From positions 15,576 to 79,575 of the forward strand of contig PJMG01000001.1 in the NCBI GenBank assembly GCA_003173895.1: a DNA stretch of 64,000 nucleotides, read 5' to 3'. The notes beneath the pieces were generated by a model. It worked only from the letters and a program-made list of their open reading frames with translations. It ran no database searches and was not told the DNA's origin. The stretch is from Candidatus Levyibacteriota bacterium. GTDB lineage: Bacteria > Patescibacteriota > Microgenomatia > Levybacterales > UBA12049. The stretch's first letter is position 1, and every line of letters begins with the position of its first letter. Position numbers and translations under genes: made by a program. This document shows, piece by piece, positions 27,441 through 36,460 of this stretch.

Positions 27441-27449
27441 TTAATATTT

Positions 27450-28262
27450 ATGATAAGCGAAAACGAACAACTTAAACAAATCCAAGAAGCTAAAGCTAAT
27501 TTAAAAATAAGCTATGATAATTATTGGCGACGAAGACGTGAGGTAGGCAATCCTCACATGAGCCAAGAAATATACACATTAAGAGAAAAATTGGCACAAG
27601 CAGAGGAAGGATATAGACAAACGCTAGGTATAGATGGAATAATTGTTCCCTCACATTTTAATTCTTTTTCAAACGAAAGAAATAAAATTAGAGATTTACA
27701 AGATCGTTTTGGAATGGAAATCACTACTGTGGGAAGAATTGGTACATTGGCTTTAAATGGAGAAGATCCAATTAGAGCTGCTGAAATATTAGAAGAGCGT
27801 GGTATACACTATGCAATATTAGTATCTGGTCCTGGTGGATCATATATTATAGAAGGAAGTAAAGGACAAAAACATAGTAATATAAGAGAAGCTTTGTGGG
27901 GAGTAGAACCAGAAATTGGTTTAAGACGTCCTGATGTGTCAGGTTTCATTTTTAATATCGATGGTAGAAAATTTTTTGTTACAGACGACCCTACGGGGGA
28001 TATGCTATGGCCTTCGTTACATTTTACCTTAGATAGTGGATATCAAATGGGCGCAGAAGTATTAAACGTTAACTCTAATCTTAATGGAGCAAGAAATATT
28101 TTTAATAAAACCAGACGTCAAATAGGAATAAAAAGATTAGATGATAAATCTGCAGTCATTTTATTAGGTGAAAGTTTAAAGCCTCTAATATTAAACACAT
28201 TTAATATGCAAGCAAAAATTAATCAAATAGAAGCGCGTATTAAAGGCCATCAATTTAATTAG
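27450..28262 (+). CDS. Hypothetical protein
   Basis: ORF with start reassigned to ATG 27450, downstream of the hairpin. Confidence 0.45.
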   Translation: MISENEQLKQIQEAKANLKISYDNYWRRRREVGNPHMSQEIYTLREKLAQAEEGYRQTLGIDGIIVPSHFNSFSNERNKIRDLQDRFGMEITTVGRIGTLALNGEDPIRAAEILEERGIHYAILVSGPGGSYIIEGSKGQKHSNIREALWGVEPEIGLRRPDVSGFIFNIDGRKFFVTDDPTGDMLWPSLHFTLDSGYQMGAEVLNVNSNLNGARNIFNKTRRQIGIKRLDDKSAVILLGESLKPLILNTFNMQAKINQIEARIKGHQFN

Positions 28263-29566
28263 TTCCCGAAGAAGTTTTCGTCGAATTCCATTTGTTTTTC
28301 AATATTTTTTAGAGCGAAGTTTTCATTCATCCCATGCATCATGCCATCTTCGTTAGCAAAAGGAACTAATACCTGAGGTTTATTTAAGGTTTGATCAAAG
28401 AAAACTATGACAGGCTCTGTTCCACCTACATATCTATGCAAAACTTCTTGGTTAAATATTTCTGAAAGTATTTTTTTAGCTTTTAAAACATATTTATTAT
28501 CTACATTAATTCTGACTGGATAAGTAGCTGCTTCTGATTCAAACTCATACTCAATATAGTCTGGAATATTTTCTTTAATAAATTTTTTAAGTTGTGAAAG
28601 AATTTTTTCAGGCACTTGGTTATTTACCAACCTTATATTAAATTTAACTGTAGTTTTAGATGGAATACTGTTTCGATATCCCACTCCTGTATAACCTGAA
28701 TTAAAACCTGTAATTTCTATACTAGGTTTTTGTCCTGTTTGCTGATATAAGTCTAAACCTTCTTCTGTTAAAACAGTCTTAGTTCCAGTATTTTTTTTAT
28801 AAGTTTCTAAGTCAAATGGAATCATTACTGATTTATCTAAAGGTAAAACATCTTCATAAAATCCTTCTATCATTACTTTTCTTTCATCATCAAAAATTTT
28901 ATTAATAAATGTTATAGCTTCTTTTACAGAACTGGGCGCCGCCCCTCCATAAAGTCCGGAATGTAAATCATTATTAGAAGAGAAAAAGGTGAGAGTACAA
29001 TTTATGACTCCACGCGTTCCTAACTCTATCGTAGGTTGTCCTGCTGACATTTCACCATCTGAAATCATGATAAAATCGCATTTTAAAAGATTTTTATGCT
29101 CTTTTATAAAACCTTCAATAAATTCTGATCCTGTTTCTTCATTTCCTTCTGAAATAAATTTAATATTATATTTTAATTTTTTCTCTTTTATTAAGTTAAC
29201 AATGGTAATCATATGAACAAAAAGTTGTCCTTTATCATCCATAATCCCACGACCAAATAATTTCCCCTCTTTTTCTACTACTTCAAATGGTTCAGTGTCC
29301 CAACCATCCTCTTTAGATGCAGGTTGTACGTCATAATGGCCATAGATAAGACAAGTTTCAGCATTAGGGTTAACCACATATTCAGCAAAGAAAACAGGAT
29401 TTCCTTCAGCTTCAAAAGTCTGCGTTTTAAAACCTACTGATTCTAAATATTTAGAAAAAAATTCAACCGTTTTTGTAGCTTCTCCTTTTAAGGAAGTATC
29501 AGCAGAAACAGTTTTAAAAGAAATTAATTCCTTTACTAATTTTTTATATTCATCAAGCATTTGCAT
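28259..29566 (-). CDS. M20-family metallopeptidase (dipeptidase-like)
   Basis: GHYDVQP and FGRGIMDDKGQ motifs. Confidence 0.7.
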   Translation of the reverse strand: MQMLDEYKKLVKELISFKTVSADTSLKGEATKTVEFFSKYLESVGFKTQTFEAEGNPVFFAEYVVNPNAETCLIYGHYDVQPASKEDGWDTEPFEVVEKEGKLFGRGIMDDKGQLFVHMITIVNLIKEKKLKYNIKFISEGNEETGSEFIEGFIKEHKNLLKCDFIMISDGEMSAGQPTIELGTRGVINCTLTFFSSNNDLHSGLYGGAAPSSVKEAITFINKIFDDERKVMIEGFYEDVLPLDKSVMIPFDLETYKKNTGTKTVLTEEGLDLYQQTGQKPSIEITGFNSGYTGVGYRNSIPSKTTVKFNIRLVNNQVPEKILSQLKKFIKENIPDYIEYEFESEAATYPVRINVDNKYVLKAKKILSEIFNQEVLHRYVGGTEPVIVFFDQTLNKPQVLVPFANEDGMMHGMNENFALKNIEKQMEFDENFFGN

Positions 29567-29590
29567 ATCTAGTTTAGTATAACGTATTTA

Positions 29591-30241
29591 TTATTTTATA
29601 GTAATAATATTTGGATCAGTACCTAATATCCACATTATAAAATATGGATATTGAGATAGGGTAGGATCAGTCTTAAAAGATGTAAGTCCCATTATTTCTA
29701 ATTCTTGGTGTATTTCAAATTCTTGAAGTTGGCCAAGCGCTTCCGCTGTTTGTTTATCATTTAATTCCTCATCACCAATTTCATCATAAATATAAGGATT
29801 ATACGAGCTTAGTACAGCACGTACTTCAGAATCCTCAGGGAATTTTGTTTCTAAGAGCAATTCCACTAATTTAAACGCACCAAAAAGTTTCAATCCTTTA
29901 ATAGCAGTTGCTAAAATATCTCTAGGATTAATTATCTTATCTTCAGAAGAAACTTCAGCATTAATTTCTCCATTATTTTTTGATACATATATATAAGAAT
30001 AGTTATTAGGTTGAGAAGAATTATTTGTACTTATTAATACTTTTTTAGATGAAACTTCATCCAACTGGTTCGCTGGAATTACGGATAAATATAAATGTTG
30101 GATAGTTCCATTTTCTAAATTTTGGTTAATGGTAATTATTCCTGTATCTTTCCTTAATACAGATATATCTCTATTAGATTCAACTAAATTTTTTAAATTT
30201 GTAATTGCTGTTTCTATATTCAAGCTTTCTGGATTTGACAT
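29591..30241 (-). CDS. Hypothetical protein
   Basis: ORF only. Confidence 0.4.
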   Translation of the reverse strand: MSNPESLNIETAITNLKNLVESNRDISVLRKDTGIITINQNLENGTIQHLYLSVIPANQLDEVSSKKVLISTNNSSQPNNYSYIYVSKNNGEINAEVSSEDKIINPRDILATAIKGLKLFGAFKLVELLLETKFPEDSEVRAVLSSYNPYIYDEIGDEELNDKQTAEALGQLQEFEIHQELEIMGLTSFKTDPTLSQYPYFIMWILGTDPNIITIK

Positions 30242-30319
30242 AAGCGTATTATATTAAATGTAATTCCACTTGTAAATTTAGTAGTTGACAGATAAACAAG
30301 CTGTTTGATAACATAATAT

Positions 30320-30429
30320 TCATAAATATGAAATCTACACAAATGTATATTGTCCTTTTTATTAACCGCTAAGGCGGAGGGACTTTTTCGTATAGAAAAG
30401 TTTTCAACCGCCAAATAGGCGGTTTTTTT
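30320..30429 (+). promoter_or_regulatory. Leader-peptide transcription attenuator, copy A (three hairpins ending in an intrinsic terminator)
   Basis: Hairpin 1 GUCC..CCGC-UAAG-GCGG..GGAC, hairpin 2 CUUUUU/GAAAAG, terminator AACCGCC-AAAU-AGGCGGUU + U7 at 30407-30429. An alternative GGCGG:CCGCC antiterminator is possible. Nearly identical to copy B. Confidence 0.55.
30328..30372 (+). CDS. Putative leader peptide MKSTQMYIVLFINR (14 aa)
   Basis: ATG 30328 to TAA 30370-30372. The stop codon sits in the loop of hairpin 1. The C-terminus is conserved with the copy B peptide. Confidence 0.4.
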   Translation: MKSTQMYIVLFINR

Positions 30430-30435
30430 GTGGAT

Positions 30436-31605
30436 ATGAAAGATAATTTACTTAAATTAAATTTAAAAAAAGATTATTCAGAACGTAAAAATATTGGTAC
30501 ATTTACCTCTATTTTTAGATCTCCTATGTTACAAGAATATATAGACTATTATTTAAATAAAAATTTTGTAGATAAAAATGCTTACGAATCTTTACATTAT
30601 TTAAAAGAAGATGTTTTAAGTAATTTTTTCCATTCTTTATTTGAGATAAAAGAAGGGAAAATTCTTACTACCTCTGGATCAACTGAATCTATATTATTAG
30701 CCTTATTTTATGCTAGAGAAAAAGCAAAAGTAGAAAAAGGTATTAATAAACCAAATATTATTGTAGGAGAGAATACTCATTATAGTATTCAGAATTGTGC
30801 ACGCTTCTTAAAAATACATGTAAAATATGCAGGATTAAATGATAAGTATGAAATAAATATTAAAGATGTAGAAAAAAGAATAGATAAAAATACTATTTTA
30901 TTAGTGGGTACGTTGGGTACTACGGAATTAGGAGTCGTTGATAATATTTTATTATTAGATAAATTAGCTATCGAATATAATATTCCTTTACATATTGATG
31001 CGGCTATAGGAGGCTTTATTCTCCCATTTTTAGAAAAGAATAATGATTATTCATTCTCTAGTTTAAAAAGTTTATTTTCTATGAATATATCCGGACATAA
31101 ATTTGGACTAGCCCTACCGGGTAGTGGGATACTCTTATTAAGAGAAAAACATTTAATCGATAATCATGGTGGTGAAATAGAATACTTAAGTTCAGGTAAA
31201 AGTATAGTAGAAAATCTTTTAATTTCATCTAACTCTCTTGGAGTTTTAAGTCTAGGTATAAATATATTAAGTTTAGGAAAAGAAGGATATAAAAATTTAG
31301 CTGAGAATTATTTAAAAACAAAAAAAGTATTACAGAGAGAATTAGACAATTTAAAGGTAGATTATTTTTCAGGATCTAACTACATGCCACAGTTATTTTT
31401 ACACCCAGAAAATGTTAAGGAGATATCAAAAAAACTTGCGGAAAATGGATGGATTCAACACACCTATAAGCCAAAAGGATTACAAAAAGAAGGAATTCGT
31501 ATTGTAATAAAGAATAATCAAGAAATGCTTTTAGAAAAAGACTTATTAGATGACTTAAAATTTTGGAATAAAGAGATGAAAGGAGAAAATTATATTTATG
31601 AATAA
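30436..31605 (+). CDS. PLP-dependent group II decarboxylase (MfnA/GadB-like)
   Basis: PLP-Lys motif NISGHKFGLA. Fold-type I pattern TTSGSTESILLAL...HIDAAIGG. Start taken as ATG 30436; GTG 30430 is the alternative. Confidence 0.7.
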   Translation: MKDNLLKLNLKKDYSERKNIGTFTSIFRSPMLQEYIDYYLNKNFVDKNAYESLHYLKEDVLSNFFHSLFEIKEGKILTTSGSTESILLALFYAREKAKVEKGINKPNIIVGENTHYSIQNCARFLKIHVKYAGLNDKYEINIKDVEKRIDKNTILLVGTLGTTELGVVDNILLLDKLAIEYNIPLHIDAAIGGFILPFLEKNNDYSFSSLKSLFSMNISGHKFGLALPGSGILLLREKHLIDNHGGEIEYLSSGKSIVENLLISSNSLGVLSLGINILSLGKEGYKNLAENYLKTKKVLQRELDNLKVDYFSGSNYMPQLFLHPENVKEISKKLAENGWIQHTYKPKGLQKEGIRIVIKNNQEMLLEKDLLDDLKFWNKEMKGENYIYE

Positions 31606-32959
31606 AAATGAAATACAAAATCATATAGTATTTCAAAATACTCCAGATGTATTAGACCCTGCTCAGATGAGCGGAGCTACTGGTAGAACGGCAGAATTAA
31701 TTATGAATTTATTAGCCAGAGCAAATCATATGGCTCTTACTGGAGATACTGTAATTAATTCTTCAAATGTCCCTGATGATTTTATTCAATATTTATCAGC
31801 TGTTACTGGGGAATATCCAGATATAGTAAAAACTCAAATAGAACCTCCTTTATTTACAAAAGATTTATTAGATGCTTTACCTACTGGATCTTTTGAAGGA
31901 TATTTACTTGATCCCTATATTCAGTCAAAAACTATTGCTCTATATAGTCAAGAACAAAATATACCCATGGCATATACTCCTTCTGAAACTATTTTAAATG
32001 GAGTTACCGATTTAGCAAATAATAAAAAATATTTTAGAGAAACTGCAAATCAATTAGGTATACCATTAATCCCTGATCAAGCAACGTTCACTACAGAAGA
32101 CTTTTCTGGGTTGCGAAAAAAAATTATAGATATGATGAAAAAACATAAGAGTGTATTTATACAAGCTAACAGTTCTGGTGGTGGCATTGGTAATATTGAT
32201 ATTAGAGGAAATACTTGGCAATCAAAATTAGGATTAGGTAAAGAGAAAGTTTTAGAAGAATTGAAAAAATGGATGAAAGAAATGAAAGACGCTGGATCGG
32301 ATACAATTCTTCTAGCTCCATATGTTGAATTACTTTCTAGTCCTACTGTTAGTGGATTTATTCCTAAGGAAGGCGAACCGATAATTTATGGTATTTTTGA
32401 CCAAACTTTAGATCCTACTTCTCATGACTATCAAGGATTTGAATGGCCAGCCAATGATCAATATTCAAAGATTTATGGATCTACTATGATTAAGGGAGCA
32501 AAAAAATGGTTTAAGCATCTACAAAAGTTAGGGTATGTAGGTCCTTCCGACGTGGATTACATTATAGGATACAATGATGCATTAGGAGAAGTAATAGGAG
32601 CAAGTGAATCAAATACTAGATGGGACGCATTTAGATTCGCTCTTCAACATGCAGGAAGATTACAGAGATGGAATTTAAGGACACTTGAAGGAATTGATGT
32701 TTTAAATGCTCCTTATATTAAATCTAATGATCATATACATACAAACGCAGCTTCAACTACAGAAATAGTTCAAAGATTACGTAATGGTAGAATTCCTCTG
32801 TTAGGATTAGATCATCAACAAATGGGAATTATTGTTATGGTACCTCCACAACCTACTGATAGACGAGGAGACCAACAATTAGCGTTGGCTGTTATTGGAC
32901 CAGATAAAAAAACAACGAAAAAACTTTTTGAAGATGCACAAATTTTACTGCATAGTTAA
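31598..32959 (+). CDS. ATP-grasp-like enzyme (putative amino-acid/peptide ligase)
   Basis: Gly-rich loop FIQANSSGGGIGNIDIR. The C-terminal ESNTRWD resembles the ATP-grasp E-x-N-x-R motif. Moderate confidence. Confidence 0.45.
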   Translation: MNKNEIQNHIVFQNTPDVLDPAQMSGATGRTAELIMNLLARANHMALTGDTVINSSNVPDDFIQYLSAVTGEYPDIVKTQIEPPLFTKDLLDALPTGSFEGYLLDPYIQSKTIALYSQEQNIPMAYTPSETILNGVTDLANNKKYFRETANQLGIPLIPDQATFTTEDFSGLRKKIIDMMKKHKSVFIQANSSGGGIGNIDIRGNTWQSKLGLGKEKVLEELKKWMKEMKDAGSDTILLAPYVELLSSPTVSGFIPKEGEPIIYGIFDQTLDPTSHDYQGFEWPANDQYSKIYGSTMIKGAKKWFKHLQKLGYVGPSDVDYIIGYNDALGEVIGASESNTRWDAFRFALQHAGRLQRWNLRTLEGIDVLNAPYIKSNDHIHTNAASTTEIVQRLRNGRIPLLGLDHQQMGIIVMVPPQPTDRRGDQQLALAVIGPDKKTTKKLFEDAQILLHS

Positions 32960-32964
32960 ATAAA

Positions 32965-34059
32965 ATGATTAAAATAAATAGGCAAAGACTTATAGAAAAT
33001 TTTATAGCTCTTGTTAAAACAAACAGTACTTCAGGGAATGAAAAAGATATTAGTAATTTTTTAAAAAGTAATTTAGAAAATTTAGGTGGTAAAGTAACTT
33101 TTGACTCTTATGGGAATCTTTTATCTTTTTTTGAAGGTAAAGGAGAAACAATAATATTAAATTGCCATTTAGACACAGTTCACCCAGGTGAAAATATAAG
33201 AACCATTCAAAAAGGAGATAGACTCTTTTCAGATGGTAAAACCATATTAGGAGCAGACGCAAAAGCAGGATTAGCGATAATTTTAGAGATTCTTAATTTA
33301 AGAAAAGAAAAAAAAATAAATTGTCCTCCTTTACAAATTATCCTCACTAAAGAAGAAGAATCTGGTCTTATTGGCGCTAGGAATTTAGACTTTAGTTTAG
33401 TTAAAGGGAAATATGGTTTGGTGTTTGATGGAGATTTTGGACCTGACAATATTACAATTTATGCTCCAGGTTATTATTTTTTTGAATGTTCAGTTTTAGG
33501 TAAAGCAGCTCATGCTGGAATGGAACCAGAAAAAGGCGTATCTGCTATTTTAGGTGCGGCAAAATTAATAAATAAAATTCCCTTTGGACGAATAGATTCC
33601 GAAACTACTCAAAATATCGGTATTATACAGGGTGGAGACGGTACTAATATAATTTCTAATAAAGTAATTTTTAAAGGAGAAATTAGGGGTAGAAATAAAA
33701 CTAAATTATTAAAGCAAATAAAAAAATTAAAGTTTATTATAGAAAAATTTTTAAGTGAAAATAAAAATATCAAAGTAAAATTAAATGGACAAATTATATT
33801 CGATCCTTACGCTTTTAGTCTAAAAAACAAATTTTTAAAAAAAATTCAATTAGCATATGAACCAATAGGATTAAAACCTAAATTTTTACCTTCAGGTGGA
33901 GGTACAGATGCTAATATTTTTAATAATAAGGGTTTTAATCTATTTCCTATAGGTTTTGGTGCATATAATACTCATACAACTTCTGAGTATCTAATTCTAT
34001 CTGAAATGGAAAAAACACTAATTTTTTGTATTAATCTTTTAAAAATAAAAAGAAGATAA
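32965..34059 (+). CDS. M20-family peptidase, PepT (tripeptidase)-like
   Basis: CHLDTVHPG, GADAKAGLAI and TKEEESGLIGA motifs. Confidence 0.7.
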   Translation: MIKINRQRLIENFIALVKTNSTSGNEKDISNFLKSNLENLGGKVTFDSYGNLLSFFEGKGETIILNCHLDTVHPGENIRTIQKGDRLFSDGKTILGADAKAGLAIILEILNLRKEKKINCPPLQIILTKEEESGLIGARNLDFSLVKGKYGLVFDGDFGPDNITIYAPGYYFFECSVLGKAAHAGMEPEKGVSAILGAAKLINKIPFGRIDSETTQNIGIIQGGDGTNIISNKVIFKGEIRGRNKTKLLKQIKKLKFIIEKFLSENKNIKVKLNGQIIFDPYAFSLKNKFLKKIQLAYEPIGLKPKFLPSGGGTDANIFNNKGFNLFPIGFGAYNTHTTSEYLILSEMEKTLIFCINLLKIKRR

Positions 34060-34088
34060 ATTCTTTTATCAATATTATTGTCCAGTAT

Positions 34089-34227
34089 TTGACATCATAT
34101 TTTAAATACACTATAATCTCATTATGAGTTCGAAATACGCACAAGTTTTTGTCCTTATTATTAACCGCTAAGGCGGAGGACTTTTTATATAAAAAAGTTT
34201 CAACCGCCAAAAAAGGCGGTTTTTTTG
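34089..34227 (+). promoter_or_regulatory. Sigma70 promoter (TTGACA-17-TATAAT) plus leader-peptide attenuator, copy B
   Basis: Perfect -35 and -10 at 34089-34094 and 34112-34117. Same three-hairpin element as copy A. Terminator AACCGCC-AAAAA-AGGCGGUU + U7 ends at 34227. Confidence 0.55.
34124..34171 (+). CDS. Putative leader peptide MSSKYAQVFVLIINR (15 aa), leaderless
   Basis: The ATG lies 7 nt after the -10 box. The TAA falls in the loop of hairpin 1. The C-terminal VL(I/F)INR-stop is conserved with copy A. Confidence 0.4.
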   Translation: MSSKYAQVFVLIINR

Positions 34228-34239
34228 TAAAATGAACTT

Positions 34240-35331
34240 ATGTTAGATCAAATAAAATTATTAACCAATATTTTACTCTCTATTCATTCTGTAAAAACAG
34301 AATTTGAGAATTTAAATTTAGCCTTAGAAGTGGCTGAAACAGAACTCTCTGAATTTAAAATAGAAAAATTTACCAGTAATAATTTCCCCAGCCTTTTAGT
34401 CTATAATCAACACACTTTACCTGCCAAATTTAAGGTAATTTTAAATGCTCATTTGGATGTCACACCAGCTCCTGATGAATTTTTCCATGCAAAAGAGAAA
34501 AGTGGAAAACTTTATGGTCGTGGAGTATATGATATGAAAGCAGCCGCAGCTGTAATGATTTTAGTTTTTAAAGAAATGGCTAAGAAGGTTAATTATCCGC
34601 TAGGACTTCAATTAGTAACTGATGAAGAACTAGGTGGCCATAATGGAACTAAATATCAAATAGAAAAAGGCGTAAAAAGCGATTTCGTTTTATGTGGAGA
34701 TGCTTCTAATTTAGAAGTAGTTAATAAATCTAAAGGCTTTGCTTGGATGAAGATAAGTTGTAAAGGTGCTACTTCTCATGGAGCTTATCCATGGGAAGGA
34801 GATAATGCTTTGTGGAAAATAAATCATTTTCTAAATAAATTAAAGCAAGCATTTCCAATACCTGAAAAAGATTCATGGGTTACTACTATTAATTTAGCTA
34901 AAATAGAAACATCTAATAATACATTTAATGAAATACCATCTGATTCTACAGTTTGGTTGGATATAAGATATATTCCTGAAGAAAAAAATATCTTAAGGAA
35001 AAAGATTCTAGATCTTATACCTAAAGATTTTTCTTATAAATTCGTATTAAATGAATCTTATGCATATCTAGATCCTAAGAATGAGTATATTCAGAAACTT
35101 CAAAACGCAAGCGAGAAAGTGATAAAAAAACCTTTAACTATCTCTGCTCACAATGGTGGATCTGATGCTAGACTTTATACTAATAAAGATATGGATAGCT
35201 TAGAATTCGGGCCTAAAGGTGGGAGATTACCTGATGGTAACGAATGGATAGATTTTAAAAATCTGGAAGAGTATCATAAAATTTTAAAAGAATTTTTAAA
35301 ATCAATAAATAATTTTTCATTAAACAATTAA
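34240..35331 (+). CDS. M20-family peptidase (ArgE/DapE-like), tandem paralogue 1
   Basis: NAHLDV, YGRGVYDMKA and LVTDEELGG motifs. Confidence 0.7.
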   Translation: MLDQIKLLTNILLSIHSVKTEFENLNLALEVAETELSEFKIEKFTSNNFPSLLVYNQHTLPAKFKVILNAHLDVTPAPDEFFHAKEKSGKLYGRGVYDMKAAAAVMILVFKEMAKKVNYPLGLQLVTDEELGGHNGTKYQIEKGVKSDFVLCGDASNLEVVNKSKGFAWMKISCKGATSHGAYPWEGDNALWKINHFLNKLKQAFPIPEKDSWVTTINLAKIETSNNTFNEIPSDSTVWLDIRYIPEEKNILRKKILDLIPKDFSYKFVLNESYAYLDPKNEYIQKLQNASEKVIKKPLTISAHNGGSDARLYTNKDMDSLEFGPKGGRLPDGNEWIDFKNLEEYHKILKEFLKSINNFSLNN

Positions 35332-35337
35332 CTGACC

Positions 35338-36453
35338 ATGACTATGGACGAAGATATTTTAGAATTAACTAAAAATCTAATAAGTTTACATACTGTGTCT
35401 AAAAATTCAGGAGTAAATGCTGACGCTTTAGCTTTTATAGAACATTATTTAAAGGATTCACATTTATTTTTTAAAAAATACCATAAAAATGGAATCTATA
35501 ATTTAGTTATTTCTAATAAACCAGTAACAAATAATTTTGATCTTATTTTGCATGGACACATAGATGTAATCCCTGCTACAAATCCAGAAGATTTTATTCC
35601 TAGAGTAGGGAACGGAAAATTATTTGGTCGCGGATCCATGGATATGAAAGGAGGATTGGCAGCCTTAATAGTTTTGATGAGAGAAATAGGAAAAGGAAAT
35701 ATTCAGATAGATAAAAATATTGCACTTTTTATAACTGCAGATGAAGAGTTGGGTGGAGCTAATGGAACTAAATATTTAATTCAACAGTTAGGCTATAAAT
35801 CTAAATTTTTTTTAACAGGCGAGGGAGTAAAAGAAAATTTTCCTATTTATAATAAGAGTAAAGGAGTTCTCTCTTTAAAAGTAAAATCTAAGGGAAAAGG
35901 AAAACATGCATCTCTACCTTGGTTAGGAGAAAGCGCTATAGATAATTTAATAAATTTCTATCATGATATTAGAATTTTATTTCCTAAAAAAGATAATAAA
36001 AATAATTGGTATTCTACCTGTTTATTAAGTACTATATATGGTGGAGAAGCTATTAATTCTGTATCAGAATATGCAGAAGGTAGTATAGACATACGCTTTA
36101 CAGAAGAATTCAAATCAGCAGATCAAGTTTTAGAAAAAATTTATAGTATTCAAAAAAATCATCCTGGAATTAGCTTGGAAGTAGTAGTAAAAAATGAAAT
36201 GTTAAATACTTCTAGAGATAATAACTATATTAAAATATTAGCAAATGCTGTTAAAAAAAATATCAATCCATGGAATAATTATTTTTTAAGTGCTCATGGA
36301 GTTTCAGATGCTAGATTTGCTGCTGAAAATGGAATACCTGGTGTAGAATTTGGTCCTTCTGGCAATAATAGTCATAGTACTAGTGAATATGTAAAAATTG
36401 ATAGTTTATCTGTGTTCTATGATATCTTAAAAGATTTTATTAAAAATATTTAA
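35338..36453 (+). CDS. M20-family peptidase (ArgE/DapE-like), tandem paralogue 2
   Basis: HGHIDVIP, FGRGSMDMKG and ITADEELGG motifs. Confidence 0.7.
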   Translation: MTMDEDILELTKNLISLHTVSKNSGVNADALAFIEHYLKDSHLFFKKYHKNGIYNLVISNKPVTNNFDLILHGHIDVIPATNPEDFIPRVGNGKLFGRGSMDMKGGLAALIVLMREIGKGNIQIDKNIALFITADEELGGANGTKYLIQQLGYKSKFFLTGEGVKENFPIYNKSKGVLSLKVKSKGKGKHASLPWLGESAIDNLINFYHDIRILFPKKDNKNNWYSTCLLSTIYGGEAINSVSEYAEGSIDIRFTEEFKSADQVLEKIYSIQKNHPGISLEVVVKNEMLNTSRDNNYIKILANAVKKNINPWNNYFLSAHGVSDARFAAENGIPGVEFGPSGNNSHSTSEYVKIDSLSVFYDILKDFIKNI

Positions 36454-36460
36454 ATTATTT

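Noticed and set aside
30220-30414. 64-aa minus-strand ORF
   Set aside because: Overlaps the attenuator A promoter, leader peptide and hairpins on the opposite strand. It is an artefact of the inverted repeats.
30320-30429. Identity of the duplicated element as a known metabolite riboswitch (guanidine-II/III, preQ1, fluoride, ZTP, glycine)
   Set aside because: None of the conserved cores of those classes is present (ACGR tetraloops, the preQ1 or fluoride pseudoknot motifs). The in-frame leader ORF ending in the hairpin loop fits a peptide-dependent attenuator better.
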